A stretch of DNA of 64,000 bases from an uncultured Methanomicrobiaceae archaeon (GTDB taxonomy: Archaea; Halobacteriota; Methanomicrobia; Methanomicrobiales; Methanoculleaceae). Position 1 is the stretch's first letter. Every line of letters begins with the position of its first letter. The notes beneath the pieces are model-generated. The model had not been told where the DNA came from. It was given only the letters and a program-made list of their open reading frames with translations, and searched no databases. Both the position numbers and the translations under genes were made by a program. This document shows positions 42,752 through 55,471 of the stretch, in pieces. The stretch spans positions 256,001-320,000 of the forward strand of contig CAWGXH010000004.1 of the NCBI GenBank assembly GCA_963826525.1, given 5' to 3'.

Positions 42752-43714
42752 ATGCTGCTCACAGAGACGGCCGAGGAGATCCGAACCATGAAGATCCGGG
42801 GTGCCGGGCGCATCGCCCGGGCTGCTGCCGAGGCACTCCGCGAGTACGCCGGGACGGTCGAGGCATCCGACCTCGCCGCATTCAGGTCGGCAATGCAGAG
42901 CGCTGCGGAGGTGCTCGTCACCACCCGTCCGACGGCAGTCTCGCTGCCGAACGCGGTGCACGCCGTGATGGGCGCTCTCGCCGGGGCGGAGTCGCTGCCG
43001 GAGGCCAGGTCCGCACTCCGGCAGCAGGCGAATACGTTCATCAGGTCGTCGAAAAACGCCGTAGGGGAGATCGCGGCAATCGGTGCACGCCACATCTCCG
43101 ACGGGGACGTCATCATGACCCACTGCAACTCGGAGGCAGCGCTTGCCTGCATCCTCGAGGCGCACCGGCAGGGAAAGGAGATCGAGGTCTACGCCACCGA
43201 GGTCAGGCCGCGAAACCAGGGGCTCGTCACGATCCGGACGCTGAACGACGCGGGGATACGGACGAACTACATCCTCGACTCCGCCGTCCGCTACTTCATG
43301 AACGATATAGACCTCGTCATCGTCGGTGCGGACGCCATCACGGTCAACGGTGCGGTGGTGAACAAGATCGGGACGGCGCAGATCGCGCTTGCGGCCCATG
43401 AGGCGCGGACGAATCTCATCGTTGCGGCCGAGACGTATAAGTTCGCTCCCCGCACCATCCTCGGCGAGCTGATCGAGATCGAGGAGCGCTCCGGGAGCGA
43501 GGTGCTCCCGGACGACCTGGCGAAAGCGCTTCCGCACGTCCGGGTCAGAAACCCGGCGTTCGACGTCACGCCCGCGGAGTACGTCGATCTCATCGTGACC
43601 GAGAAAGGCGCGATACCGCCCGAGCTCGCCTACAGCATCATCAAAGAGTATCTCGGGTGGAGCATCGGGGAGTTTCACAAAGGGCTTGTGATGGGCGCTG
43701 AAGATCAGGAGTGA
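42752..43714 (+). CDS. Ribose-1,5-bisphosphate isomerase (eIF2B-like)
   Basis: IRGAGRIA, RPTAVSLPNA, MTHCNS, EVRP..QG, VGADA, NKIGT and NPAFDVTP motifs. Confidence 0.9.
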   Translation: MLLTETAEEIRTMKIRGAGRIARAAAEALREYAGTVEASDLAAFRSAMQSAAEVLVTTRPTAVSLPNAVHAVMGALAGAESLPEARSALRQQANTFIRSSKNAVGEIAAIGARHISDGDVIMTHCNSEAALACILEAHRQGKEIEVYATEVRPRNQGLVTIRTLNDAGIRTNYILDSAVRYFMNDIDLVIVGADAITVNGAVVNKIGTAQIALAAHEARTNLIVAAETYKFAPRTILGELIEIEERSGSEVLPDDLAKALPHVRVRNPAFDVTPAEYVDLIVTEKGAIPPELAYSIIKEYLGWSIGEFHKGLVMGAEDQE

Positions 43715-43831
43715 TCAGCCGAAGCAGCAGGCGGCGGATCGCGGCGAACCCGGGTGTGCCCTCCGGCAGGGGAGAGACGGCCATCCTCATTATTATCTGA
43801 ACGAACATCATACGCGTCTGCGAGGATACCG

Positions 43832-44656
43832 ATGGAGATCACCTTTACCAAACTACAGGGGAACGGAAACGATTTTATTCTGATCGACGAGCACGACCGG
43901 GAGATCATACCGGATGCGATGAAGGCGCAGTTTGCAGCACTCTACTGCGACCGCAGGTTCGGCGTCGGCGCTGACGGCGTTCTCTTCCTGCAGCCGTCGG
44001 AGGAGGCGGATGTACAGATGCGCCTCCTCCAGCCGGACGGGAGCGAGGCCGAGATGTGCGGGAACGGTATCCGGTGTCTCGTGAAATACGCCTACGATCT
44101 CGGGTACGTGCAGGAGTCCTGCACGGTCGAGACGGCGGCGGGACTGATGCCGGTCACCATGGGCTACGATGAAGAGGGGACGGAGTTCTATGCGGCGATC
44201 ACGATGACGAAACCGGAGTTTGACAGGGCTGGTATCCCTGCGACCGGCGAAGGCGAGTATACCGAGACGATCGCCGGGCATATCGTCCACGCCGTCAATA
44301 CGGGAGTTCCGCACGCGGTTATCTTCGTCCGGGAGATCGGAGCGGTGGATATCGGCAGACTCGGGCCTATGGTCAGAAACCATCCGACCTTCCCGAAGGG
44401 AGCGAACGTCAACTTCGTCGAGGTCGGCGAGGACGACACGCTCCGCATCAGGACCTTCGAGCGCGGCGTCGAGGCGGAGACCTACAGCTGCGGGACAGGA
44501 GCGACGGCATCGGCGGCGGTCGCCCACCGGAAAGGACTCGTCGGGAAGACCGTCGCGGTCGAGACGATGGGCGGGCCGCTCGTCATCCGGCTCGGCGAGG
44601 AGACGACGATGGAAGGCCCTGCCGAGACCGTCTTTACAGGATCTATATCCTGCTAA
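43832..44656 (+). CDS. dapF: Diaminopimelate epimerase
   Basis: GNGNDF, GVGADG, EMCGNGIRC, GVPHAV, NVNF and ERGVEAETYSCGTG motifs. Confidence 0.95.
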   Translation: MEITFTKLQGNGNDFILIDEHDREIIPDAMKAQFAALYCDRRFGVGADGVLFLQPSEEADVQMRLLQPDGSEAEMCGNGIRCLVKYAYDLGYVQESCTVETAAGLMPVTMGYDEEGTEFYAAITMTKPEFDRAGIPATGEGEYTETIAGHIVHAVNTGVPHAVIFVREIGAVDIGRLGPMVRNHPTFPKGANVNFVEVGEDDTLRIRTFERGVEAETYSCGTGATASAAVAHRKGLVGKTVAVETMGGPLVIRLGEETTMEGPAETVFTGSISC

Positions 44657-45324
44657 TACCGTTTTTCGTCAGCTCGAACTTAAAAGAGAGCCCTTCGGGA
44701 CGCGACCGGTGCTTCCGGAGAACCGCACGGCGGGTGCCGTCCAGCCGCTCGAAACTCACGATCGCCTTGGAGATATGCTCAAGGGCGGTTCCCCCGAGTC
44801 CCGAGATCTTTTTTCGGTCGATATCGACGTAGATCTGGTTGGTGATCAGAACGGGAATATCGTATTTTTTGGCGAGCCCGAGGAGCTTGACCATATAGTG
44901 GGAGAGCCGTCGCATCGTCTCCTTCCCGGTCTCGAGCTCGGTGCGGTAGAGTGCGGTCGCGGAGTCCATGATCAGAAGGTCGACGGGGTGCTCCCGGTTC
45001 GCACGGAAAAGCTCCTCGCTCTCGGCGATCATCAGCCCCTGCTGTTCGAAGTCCACCGGCTCGAAGAGGTAGAGGTGCTGCGCAAGCTCCTCAGCCCCGT
45101 CTTCACCGGCCACCTGGCTGAACCGCTCCACCGAGAACCCTTCGGTATCGATGTAGATCACCGATCTGCCCGCACGTAAACACTCCGCCGCAGCCATGAG
45201 ACAGAGGGTGCTCTTCCCGCTGGCGGGCTCGCCGTAGAACTGGGTGATCACCCGCCGTTCAAGCCCGCCGCCGAGCAGCAGATCGAGATCCGGACTTCCG
45301 GGTACTGAGTCTGTCGCGCTTCAT
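44643..45324 (-). CDS. radB: DNA repair protein RadB; frameshift at ~45300
   Basis: YGEPASGKS, IDTEGFSVERF, DSATALYR, ITNQ and RRAVLRKHRS motifs. Confidence 0.9.
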
Positions 45325-46514
45325 TCGTCAAGTACTCCTCGTTCCCTGAAGATCTCCCGTGCCGCATCCTCGACGATCCCGGTCACATCCCGGAGCGGGA
45401 CGTCGAGTTCCCGGGCACAGAGGCGTGCCTGCTCGAACTCCGCCTTGAAGGACGAGACTTTTCCCGCAGACCACCCGCATTTGACGTCGATGGTATACGC
45501 CCTGCCCCGTATCGTGACCGTCACCGGCTGAACCGTCCGCTCGATGGTGAGCCGGTGGACAGCGGGCAGACACCGGATACCGAGCGTGCCGAGCTCCCGG
45601 ACCATGACGCCGGCCAGGTGATCGGTCGTCTCCCGGCGGCAGATCACCCGGATCAGGTAGCCGTTACGCCCTTTCTTCATCACCAGCGGGAGAGCGCTCG
45701 CGTCCCGTGCCCCTTCGTCCATCAGGCGGGAGAGCGTGTAGGCAAGGACCTCTCCCGTCACGTCGTCGACGTTGGTCTCGAGGATATCCACCCGGTCGTG
45801 GGGCGCAGGAGAGGCGTTCTCGAGGAGAAGTGTCCGAAGGACGTTCGGCGTTCCTGCGGGATTCCTCGTTCCCGCTCCGTATCCGACCGCCGTGATGGAG
45901 GCAGGCCCAATCTCTGCGGGGGAGAGGGTCGCAAACTCGGCGAGCAGCGCCGCTCCCGTGGGGGTGCAGAGTTCCCGCTCCTCCATCCCGATCGTCGTCT
46001 CGAGAGCCGATTCGCGGAGGACGGCTACCGTGGCCGGGGCGGGGATCGGGAAGGTTCCATGCGAGCCGACGGCAAACCCGCGGCCGAGCGCTATCGGAAG
46101 GACGGCCACGCCGTCGACCCCGAGTGACCAGAGTGCGGTGCATGCTCCGACAATATCGGCGATCGCGTCGTCGGCACCGACTTCGTGGAAGTGAGCCCCG
46201 TGGCCGTGAACACTCGCCTCGGCCCGGTGCAGGCGGAGAAAGACCCGCCGTGCCATCTCGCGGGCAGGTCCGGGTGCGACACTCTCGTCGAGGCGGGCGA
46301 GCACCTCCTCGAGCGTGCGGTGGTGAACCGGTGCATGCGTCTCGACCCGGACCGCCCCGATGCCGGCACGGTCTACCCGCCCGAATGTCGGTTCGGCCAC
46401 GACAGACTCCATCGCGGTTCTAACCAGAGTCTCATCCGCCCCCAGATCGAGCAGGGAGCCGATAATCATGTCGCCTGCCGCACCATGAAACGGATCTACG
46501 AGGAGGATCTTCAT
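45321..46514 (-). CDS. larC: Nickel insertion protein LarC
   Basis: [45 protein letters not shown] and MKKGR motifs. Confidence 0.9.
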   Translation of the reverse strand: MKILLVDPFHGAAGDMIIGSLLDLGADETLVRTAMESVVAEPTFGRVDRAGIGAVRVETHAPVHHRTLEEVLARLDESVAPGPAREMARRVFLRLHRAEASVHGHGAHFHEVGADDAIADIVGACTALWSLGVDGVAVLPIALGRGFAVGSHGTFPIPAPATVAVLRESALETTIGMEERELCTPTGAALLAEFATLSPAEIGPASITAVGYGAGTRNPAGTPNVLRTLLLENASPAPHDRVDILETNVDDVTGEVLAYTLSRLMDEGARDASALPLVMKKGRNGYLIRVICRRETTDHLAGVMVRELGTLGIRCLPAVHRLTIERTVQPVTVTIRGRAYTIDVKCGWSAGKVSSFKAEFEQARLCARELDVPLRDVTGIVEDAAREIFRERGVLDE

Positions 46515-46559
46515 GCGTCGACAGTACTTATAAATCCGAGAATATATGAATTAGAGGTA

Positions 46560-49004
46560 ATGCCCGAAATATACTTGAAAGTCGATAGTGCTTATCCGGA
46601 GGATCAGGGCGCGGGGAAGGCGCGGCTCGACCCTGATACCATGCTCCAGCTGAGGCTGAGCCCGGGTGACCTCATCGCCATCGAAGGGAAACGGCGGACC
46701 GTGGCGAAGGTCTGGCGTGCCATGGTGAACGACTGGCATCAGGGTAAAGTCCGCATCGATAACTTCACACGGCTCAATACCGGCGCCAGCATCGGCGATC
46801 GGGTCAGTATCAAGACGCTCGACGAGGAGGTCGAAGCAAAACGGGTGGTCCTCGCCCCGCCCGAAGACCTCCCGAAACAGCTGCCTATCAACTATAGCAG
46901 CGTCGTCAACAAACTGATAGACTTCCCGATCGTCAAGAACGACTCCGTACCGATTCAGGCCGGCCTCCCCTTTATGCAGCCCCAGCTCGTGGCGTTCAAG
47001 GCCGTCGTCGTCGAACCGGAGAATGCGGTGATCATCACCAAGAATACCAAGATAGAGTTCTCCGAGAAACCCGCAGCCGGATTCGAAGGGGCGAGGAAGA
47101 TCAGCTACGAGGATATCGGCGGCCTCAAGGACGAACTGCAGCGTGTCCGTGAGACGATCGAACTCCCCATGCGCCATCCCGAGATCTTTTCAAAGCTCGG
47201 CATAGAACCACCGAAAGGCGTCCTCCTTTACGGGCCTCCGGGGACCGGGAAGACCCTCATCGCGAAGGCCGTTGCGAGCGAGAGCGGCGCTCACTTCATC
47301 TCGATCGCAGGGCCAGAAGTGATCTCCAAGTACTACGGTGAGAGTGAGCAGCGGCTCCGGGAGGTCTTCGAGGACGCCCGCCAGCATGCTCCCGCCATCA
47401 TCTTCATCGACGAACTCGATTCCATCGCCCCACGGCGGGAAGAGGTGACCGGCGAGGTCGAGCGGCGTGTGGTCGCCCAGCTGCTCACGATGATGGACGG
47501 CCTCGAGGAGCGGGGACAGGTCGTGGTGATCGGAGCGACGAACCGCCTCGACGCCATCGACCCCGCTCTCAGGAGGCCCGGCAGGTTCGACCGTGAGATC
47601 GAGATCGGCGTGCCGCCGGAGGACGACCGGATCCAGGTTCTCCACATCCACACCCGCGGGATGCCGCTTGCACACGACGTGAATATCGACAGCATCGCCA
47701 AGCAGACCCACGGATTCGTCGGCGCCGATCTCGCGGCTCTCGCCAGGGAATCGGCCATAAAAGCGCTCAGGCGGTACCTCCCCGAGATCGACCTCGATGC
47801 GGAGGAGATCCCTCCCGAGGTGCTCGAGAAGATGGAGGTGCTCCCAAGCGACTTCCGGGACGCACTCCGGGATGTCGGCCCGAGCGCCATGCGTGAAGTG
47901 CTCCTCGAGGTGCCCCACACATCGTGGAGCGATGTCGGCGGGCTCGAAGAAGCGAAACTGGATATTCGCGAGGCCGTCGAGTACCCGCTTACGGAGCGGG
48001 AACGGTTCGAGGAGCTCGGTATCGAGCCACCGAAAGGCGTGCTTCTCTACGGGCCACCGGGAACCGGGAAGACCCTCATCGCAAAGGCCGTCGCCACCGA
48101 GAGCGGGGCGAACTTCGTCCCGGTCAGAGGCCCCCAGCTCCTCTCCAAGTGGGTCGGCGAGAGCGAGCGGGCAGTCCGCGAGATATTCAAGAAAGCCCGG
48201 CAGGTCGCCCCGTCGATCATCTTCTTCGACGAGATGGACGCACTGACACCGGCACGCGGCGGAGGCGGCGAATCGCACGTCATCGAGAGCGTCTTAAACC
48301 AGATTCTCACCGAGATCGACGGGCTCGAAGAGCTCCGCGGCGTCGTCGTCATGGGAGCGACGAACCGTCCGGATATGATCGATCCGGCACTCCTGCGGCC
48401 GGGCAGGTTCGACCGATTGGTCTACATCGGCGAACCGGGGCCTGCCGACCGGAACCGGATCCTCCGTATCCACACGCGCTACGTGCCTATCCAGGGCTCG
48501 ACGCTCGAGGAGATCGTCGATATGACCGACGGGTTCACCGAAAGCCAGATCGAGGACCTTATCGGGATGCTCGGCACCGGCAGACAGATCACCGTCGGCG
48601 ATCTTGCGCCCCATCTCGCCGGGCGTGCGGAAGCGGCGGTGGCAGGAGCAGATCCGGGGAACGGCGACGAGAGGCTGAAGCGGTCGGCACGGCGGAAGAA
48701 GATCGTCAGCCTGTTCGTCGAGCAGAAACTCGACCTCGTCGATCCCGTCCGCGATACGCTCATCACGGAGCTGGCCTCGAATACCAACGGGTTCGTCGGC
48801 TCCGACCTCGAAGCACTCGCCCGGGAGGCCGCCATGGCAGCTCTCCGCGAAGGGTCCCGCTTCGTCGAACCGAGGCACTTCACCGAGGCAACGGGGAAGG
48901 TTCACGCCACGATGAACGAGCGGCTGCGCCAGTATTACCAGAAGATCCAGCAGCACTTCAAGGGCGGGCTCCCAAAAGAGGTGCAGCCCCTCGAGTACCA
49001 GTAA
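46560..49004 (+). CDS. CDC48/VAT family AAA ATPase
   Basis: N domain plus two AAA domains (GPPGTGKT twice, [13 protein letters not shown]). True start at ATG 46560. Confidence 0.95.
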   Translation: MPEIYLKVDSAYPEDQGAGKARLDPDTMLQLRLSPGDLIAIEGKRRTVAKVWRAMVNDWHQGKVRIDNFTRLNTGASIGDRVSIKTLDEEVEAKRVVLAPPEDLPKQLPINYSSVVNKLIDFPIVKNDSVPIQAGLPFMQPQLVAFKAVVVEPENAVIITKNTKIEFSEKPAAGFEGARKISYEDIGGLKDELQRVRETIELPMRHPEIFSKLGIEPPKGVLLYGPPGTGKTLIAKAVASESGAHFISIAGPEVISKYYGESEQRLREVFEDARQHAPAIIFIDELDSIAPRREEVTGEVERRVVAQLLTMMDGLEERGQVVVIGATNRLDAIDPALRRPGRFDREIEIGVPPEDDRIQVLHIHTRGMPLAHDVNIDSIAKQTHGFVGADLAALARESAIKALRRYLPEIDLDAEEIPPEVLEKMEVLPSDFRDALRDVGPSAMREVLLEVPHTSWSDVGGLEEAKLDIREAVEYPLTERERFEELGIEPPKGVLLYGPPGTGKTLIAKAVATESGANFVPVRGPQLLSKWVGESERAVREIFKKARQVAPSIIFFDEMDALTPARGGGGESHVIESVLNQILTEIDGLEELRGVVVMGATNRPDMIDPALLRPGRFDRLVYIGEPGPADRNRILRIHTRYVPIQGSTLEEIVDMTDGFTESQIEDLIGMLGTGRQITVGDLAPHLAGRAEAAVAGADPGNGDERLKRSARRKKIVSLFVEQKLDLVDPVRDTLITELASNTNGFVGSDLEALAREAAMAALREGSRFVEPRHFTEATGKVHATMNERLRQYYQKIQQHFKGGLPKEVQPLEYQ

Positions 49005-49121
49005 TCCATTCCCACCCCGCCTTTTTTTTCGATAATATATTTACCCGCTGATGGACAACTCTATACATTACGGATCAGTGATGCCGGACTGTCCTCGCAT
49101 CCCGACCGGAGGGGATACGCT

Positions 49122-50657
49122 ATGCCGAACTGTACCACATTTCTCGACGTCAACGCCTGCAACCGTTCAAAGACCGCTCTGATCGTCCCGTCCCGCGGAG
49201 AGGAGTACACGACGGTCCGGCTGCTCGATCAGGTGAACCGGATCGGAAACGGCCTCCGTGAGAGCGGCGTCGAGGCGGGAGATCGGGTCTGCATCTACCT
49301 CGACAGTTCGCCGGAGTATCTCATCAGTTACTTCGCCCTCTGGCGGATCGGCTGCGTCGCGGTGCCGACGAACCGCGTCTACCGGGAGTCCGAACTCCTC
49401 TACGCCGTCAGGGACGCCGGGGCTTCGGCGATCATCACCGATACGCCCGGCAGCGTCACGGCCGGGAAGATCCGAAAGGATGCCCCTCTGCTCCGGGAGG
49501 TGATCGCCGTCGGCGGCGGGGAGGGAGCGACGGCCTGGGCAGACCTTCAGGGATCGTCGCCCGTCCTCCGGCCGGCGCACTGCCGCTTCGACGACCTCTG
49601 CCAGATCCAGTATACGTCCGGGACGACCGGCAGGCCGAAAGGGGCGATGCTCACCCACGGCAACTGGATCGCGGCGATGGATGCCGAGCGGGAGGTGCTC
49701 GGCCTGACCGGGGACGATGTCTACCTCGGGATCTATCCAATGGGGCATGTCGGCATCAGCTGGGGGATCTCCGCCCTCCGGGCAGGGGGCACCTACGTCG
49801 TCATGGAGCGGTTCGACCTTGAACGCTACCTCGACCTTGCAGAACGCTACCGTGCCACTGTCATCGCCGGGATGCCGCCGGTTATCCACTCGCTGCTCCG
49901 GACGCCGCCCGGGACCGAGAGCAGACTTGCATCGGCACGGCTGATGATCAGCGGGGGAGGGCCGCTCGTGCCCACCGTCTGGAAGCCGTTCCACGAGCGG
50001 TTCGGCATCCCGATAGTCAACGCCTACGGTCTCTCGGAGACGATCGTCGTCGGGACGGGAACCGCCATCCGCCCCGAGCACTACACGACGGTAGATGAGT
50101 TCCGGAGTGTCGGGACGCCGGTCGGGTTCTCGGAGGTGCGGATCGTCGACGAAAGCAGTCCCGAGAAGGAACTTTCGCCGCATGAAATCGGCGAGATCGC
50201 CCTTCGCGGTCCGTCGGTTGCAGCGGGGTACTGGCAGATGCCCGAGGAGACGGCATCGGTCTTCCGCCCGGAAGGCTGGTTCCTCACCGGAGATATCGGC
50301 TACCTCGACGAGAGCGGGATGCTCTTCATCACCGACCGGAAGAAGGATATGATCGTCATGTCGGGATGGAAGATCTACCCGACGGAGGTGGAGAACGTCC
50401 TCCTCCAGCACCCGGGAATCCGGGACGCAGCGGTCTTCGGGTGCAGCGACGAACACCGGGGCGAGGTTCCGGTCGCGGCGGTCGTCCCGGCTGAGGGCGG
50501 CCTCACGCCCGAGGCGATCGTGGCATACGCAGAAGAGCGGCTTGCCGGGTATAAAGTGCCCAGGAGAATCCTCATGGTCGAGGAACTCCCCCGGGTGAAC
50601 GGCTGGAAGCTGATGCGAAAGGTTCTTCGGGAGCAGTTCTGCCCCGGCGCCATGTGA
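49122..50657 (+). CDS. Class I adenylate-forming enzyme (acyl-CoA ligase-like)
   Basis: YTSGTTGRPKG, YGLSET, GEIALRG, FLTGD, DRKKDMI and YKVP motifs. Confidence 0.85.
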   Translation: MPNCTTFLDVNACNRSKTALIVPSRGEEYTTVRLLDQVNRIGNGLRESGVEAGDRVCIYLDSSPEYLISYFALWRIGCVAVPTNRVYRESELLYAVRDAGASAIITDTPGSVTAGKIRKDAPLLREVIAVGGGEGATAWADLQGSSPVLRPAHCRFDDLCQIQYTSGTTGRPKGAMLTHGNWIAAMDAEREVLGLTGDDVYLGIYPMGHVGISWGISALRAGGTYVVMERFDLERYLDLAERYRATVIAGMPPVIHSLLRTPPGTESRLASARLMISGGGPLVPTVWKPFHERFGIPIVNAYGLSETIVVGTGTAIRPEHYTTVDEFRSVGTPVGFSEVRIVDESSPEKELSPHEIGEIALRGPSVAAGYWQMPEETASVFRPEGWFLTGDIGYLDESGMLFITDRKKDMIVMSGWKIYPTEVENVLLQHPGIRDAAVFGCSDEHRGEVPVAAVVPAEGGLTPEAIVAYAEERLAGYKVPRRILMVEELPRVNGWKLMRKVLREQFCPGAM

Positions 50658-50794
50658 CGGCGGAGAGCAGAAGCAGACTTTTCACAAACTTCGATCTTCG
50701 ATATCATCGGGCGAGAGGTTTCGCCCGGTATGCACATAGATATATATATCCTGACGGATATGATTCATAGTTTTTTTTCTGGGGGCATATATAC

Positions 50795-51380
50795 ATGACA
50801 GACACACAAAAACAGCCGACCGGCATTGCCGGCCTTGATCTCACCATCGAAGGAGGGTTTCCGGTCGGGACACGGATAATCGTCTATGGAACGGCGCTGA
50901 GCGGCCTTGAGCTGCTGGCGCAGCAGTTCTGGAAGGCCGGTGACGAGGAGTGCCGATACCTGATGCTCGATGCTGAGCCGACGGGAGGGATGCTCGATGC
51001 ACGGGAACTCTCGCTCAAGGAGCTCGCCGCAGCGATGCGGGGCAAGCGTATCGTCGTGGACTCGCTCTCGACGCTCATCCACAACTACGGTATCGATGCT
51101 GCTGCCGACTTTCTCACGAGCACCACCGAAGACCGCCTCCGGGAGGGATCGAACGTCCTCTTCCTTCTCTATCGGGGGAATCCATTCGCCGGTGGAAGAG
51201 ACCTTTCTCATGCGTGCGGCAGATGTGGTCATCGTCCTGCGGCAGGAACTGCACGGCAACGAGTTCGAACGGACCCTCTCCGTTGAGAAGATAAAAGGGA
51301 TGGCCGTGCCCCAACGGGCGGTGCCGTACCATATCACCGCGAAAGGGCTCGAACTCTCGACGACCACCAGGGTGATCTAA
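50795..51380 (+). CDS. KaiC/RAD55-like RecA-superfamily protein with degenerate Walker A; frameshift at ~51175
   Basis: TGIAGLD..GGFP, RIVVDSLS, ADVVI.L, ERTL.VEK..G and Y.I..KG motifs. Confidence 0.75.
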
Positions 51381-51383
51381 GCG

Positions 51384-52271
51384 TTACTCGGCCCGCAGAC
51401 TCGCCGGCCGCCGCGACCATATTTTTAAGCTTTTGAAAGGCGGCCTCGCGGGTCTGCATCCGGAGGCCGCAGTCGGGATCGACGAGCATTGTTTTTGCTC
51501 CGAAGAGATCGATCCCCCGCTCGATCCGCTCCCGGATCGTCGCCACGCTCTCGATGGCGGGACTGCTCGAGTCTACGCACCCGTAGCCGACCAGCCTTCC
51601 CCGGAGATCCTTCCCTGAGAGAACCTCGAGATTCCCGGGGTTTATCGCGAACTCAAAGTCGAAGACCGAGACGTTCGTCTTCAGGATATCGTCGATGACC
51701 GTCCCGACCCCCCCGCAGACGTGGAGGCAGGTCGGGATGCGGAGCGACGAGACGATAGCGTTCACCGCCTGGCGCCCGACGGCGAGATCCGCCGCACCCG
51801 TCGAGAGGATGGGCTCGTCGATCTGGAGAAGCGTCACGCCGGCAGCCTCGAGATTCCTCGCCTCGACGGCGAGCGCCTGGGCGAGGTCGAGCGCCAGTTC
51901 CTCGCGGTTCCGGTAAATCGGCGTATCGATCTTGAGGGCGTGGGCGAGGGTGGACGGACCGGTCAGGATTCCTTTGACCTTCGGATGCTTCGAGAGGGCG
52001 TACTTCGTATCCGCGACCGTGAGCGGTTTTGCCGGGGGGAGTACCCTGCCGACGACCGCCTGCCCTTTGATCCCGGGAAGCCGGGAGGTGAACGCCTGCA
52101 CCATATCCCCCCGGACCTGCCCGTCGGAGATGATGTCGATCCCGGCCGCGATCTGGTCGGCGACCGCGGTCTCGACGGCGTGCTTCAGCGGATCGAGGGA
52201 GAGGAAACCCTTCTTCCCGGAGACCGGATAGCTGCCGACCACCGTCGTCGGCAGCAGTTTGCTGATGAGGG

Positions 52272-52275
<4 letters not shown>
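51384..52275 (-). CDS. Core (methylcobalamin-dependent) methionine synthase, MetE C-terminal-like
   Basis: TTVVGSYP, SDGQ, TGPST, QIDEP, LHVCG and DPDCGL motifs. A 3' indel extends the computed ORF to 51334. Confidence 0.85.
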
Positions 52276-53561
<1,286 letters not shown>

Positions 53562-53697
53562 ATCAAAACCTGAATACTATCTGTTCTGGTAGATATTTTG
53601 CTTTCCGTTCGGGCGGGGTGATGCGGGAGAGGGAACGTGCCGGAGAAAACCGGCTTCGGCGCCGGCATTTGGAAAAAGGAGAAGGATATCGCCAGAA

Positions 53698-54241
53698 TCA
53701 GACGAAGACTGCCGCAGAGATGACCGTCGTCCACTTGCCGTTCATGTCCCCTTCGGCTGCCTGACAGTTATGGGTCGTGTAGATGATCTTGCCGCTGGCT
53801 TTATAGATCTGTTCCCGCTCCTGCCATGCTTGGTCGGGATCGAACTCTATGCCGAGCGTCGTCGCGAGCATGGTCGCCGCAAGGTCCTCCGCATACTCGC
53901 CGCTTATCTCGGACGTCTCTCCATAGGCGTGGTGTTCCGACAGGTAACCATATTCGTTGCTCTCTTTCGGCATGGCATGCCCTATGGCGGCTGAGATCAG
54001 CCGGTTCGGTTCGTTCGTTTCATTCCGCGCCATCACGACGTAGACGATGGAACCCGGATGCAGCTCCAGGAGCCCCTCCTCCCGGTCAATCAGACTTGCA
54101 GTTCGGGGGGAAGATACTGGAGACATATACCAGATTGTACTTCTCGATGCCCGCCTGCCGGAGCGCGAGTTCAAATGAAGCCAGCTTATCCTTATGAACG
54201 CCTACACCTCTCGTGAAGAAACACTTGGTCGGAACAAACAT
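53698..54241 (-). CDS. pdaD: Pyruvoyl-dependent arginine decarboxylase; frameshift at ~54095
   Basis: [43 protein letters not shown] and [11 protein letters not shown] motifs. Confidence 0.85.
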
Positions 54242-54877
54242 TATCAATCTTCTTATCTTTAGAATTTTTTAATATTTTTGGTAATCCCAAACAGGATTTT
54301 AAAAAAGAGCGCAGAGATTAACCGAATCGTGGTTCTGGCCGCCTTTAGACACCGGCAGGGGATGACCGCCACGGGATAGCCACGAAACCCGGAGGTAAAA
54401 AGGAGGAGGAATGCCCGGAAAACTCCCAGTTTCGAGGCGGTAATCAAAAAAGGGGAGGTTTTCTGGCGGCTATCCCGACACTTTCGGATTCCGGGAGGAA
54501 AGCCGGTCGGAGCCCGGATCCTTCGGCAGGCGCACAACCCGTGCCGACCGGTGGCGGCACGACCCCCCCGGAACCGGGCGCACGGCACCCGGCAGGGATG
54601 TACATCTCCGGGATATCGCTCCGGCCTTGCGAAACCGGCCGCAGATCTTCCGATCGGCCGCCGTCGAAGATCGGGGGAACGCTTATATTCTTTGACTTCA
54701 GAGACCATGCGACCGACAGCGACCGTGGGCTCGTCACCACCGATGTAGATTCAGAGAGGCAGCTTCCACTGCCGATCGTTCCGGTACCGACAGGGTCTGC
54801 CGATACATGCCGCCCGGGTGCGGCGTCTCGACCGGCTCTTCGCTTTGGTCTGACCGATAAGAGAAGGAGAGGCAGAG

Positions 54878-55120
54878 ATGAGTTCATCTATCGAACCGGC
54901 AGCAGAAGTGGACTGCATCGGGCTCTACTGCCCGATGCCGATTGCCATGGCGAAAGAACAGATCGAGATGATCGGTATCGGTGAGATCTTAAAGGTGGAA
55001 GCGGACGATCCCGCAGCAGAGGAGGACATCAAGCGCTGGGCACACCGTGTCGGGCACGAGATGGTGGACTTCCAGAAAGAAGGCGGGATCATGACATTCT
55101 ACATTCGTCGGATGAAGTAA
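54878..55120 (+). CDS. TusA/SirA-family sulfur carrier 1 (canonical CPxP)
   Basis: DCIGLYCPMP, L.V.ADDP...DI..W and YIRR motifs. Confidence 0.9.
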   Translation: MSSSIEPAAEVDCIGLYCPMPIAMAKEQIEMIGIGEILKVEADDPAAEEDIKRWAHRVGHEMVDFQKEGGIMTFYIRRMK

Positions 55121-55134
55121 GGGGGCATTATACC

Positions 55135-55413
55135 GTGTATGCTGATTTAAACATAGACTGCATCGGCGCCTGCGAGGCACCGATGCTCCTGGTGAAAGAG
55201 GGGTTCGGAAGAATCGAGAAGGGGCAGGTGCTGCAGATCGAGACCGATAAACCCGGCCTTGTGCAGGATATCACCAGCTGGGCCGATAGTCAGGGGTTCT
55301 CCATCGAAGAGCAGGAGAAGCGTGCGGGCGTGACCACGCTGTACATCAGAAAGACTGCGGAATGGTCGGAAGAGCAGGAGAAGACCGTCCAGACAGCCGA
55401 GCAGCGGCGCTAG
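55135..55413 (+). CDS. TusA-family protein 2 (variant CEAP)
   Basis: DCIGACEAP, GQVLQIETD.P..VQDI..W and YIRK motifs. Confidence 0.8.
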   Translation: MYADLNIDCIGACEAPMLLVKEGFGRIEKGQVLQIETDKPGLVQDITSWADSQGFSIEEQEKRAGVTTLYIRKTAEWSEEQEKTVQTAEQRR

Positions 55414-55471
55414 CGAAGGAGGGGGAGTGCTCATTCAGCATTCCCATCCTTCCCGGAGGGGGTGATGATCT

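Noticed and set aside
46185-46559. N-terminal extension of Cdc48 in the ORF track
   Set aside because: It overlaps larC on the opposite strand. GAGGT SD and TATA-like tracts support the ATG at 46560.
48490-48770. Intein in Cdc48
   Set aside because: No Cys/Ser start, His-Asn end or LAGLIDADG motifs.
54300-54680. RNase P or SRP RNA in the structured intergenic region
   Set aside because: GAGGAAAGCC only loosely resembles the RNase P GAGGAAAGUCC motif. The other conserved RNase P elements and the SRP helix-8 motif were not found.
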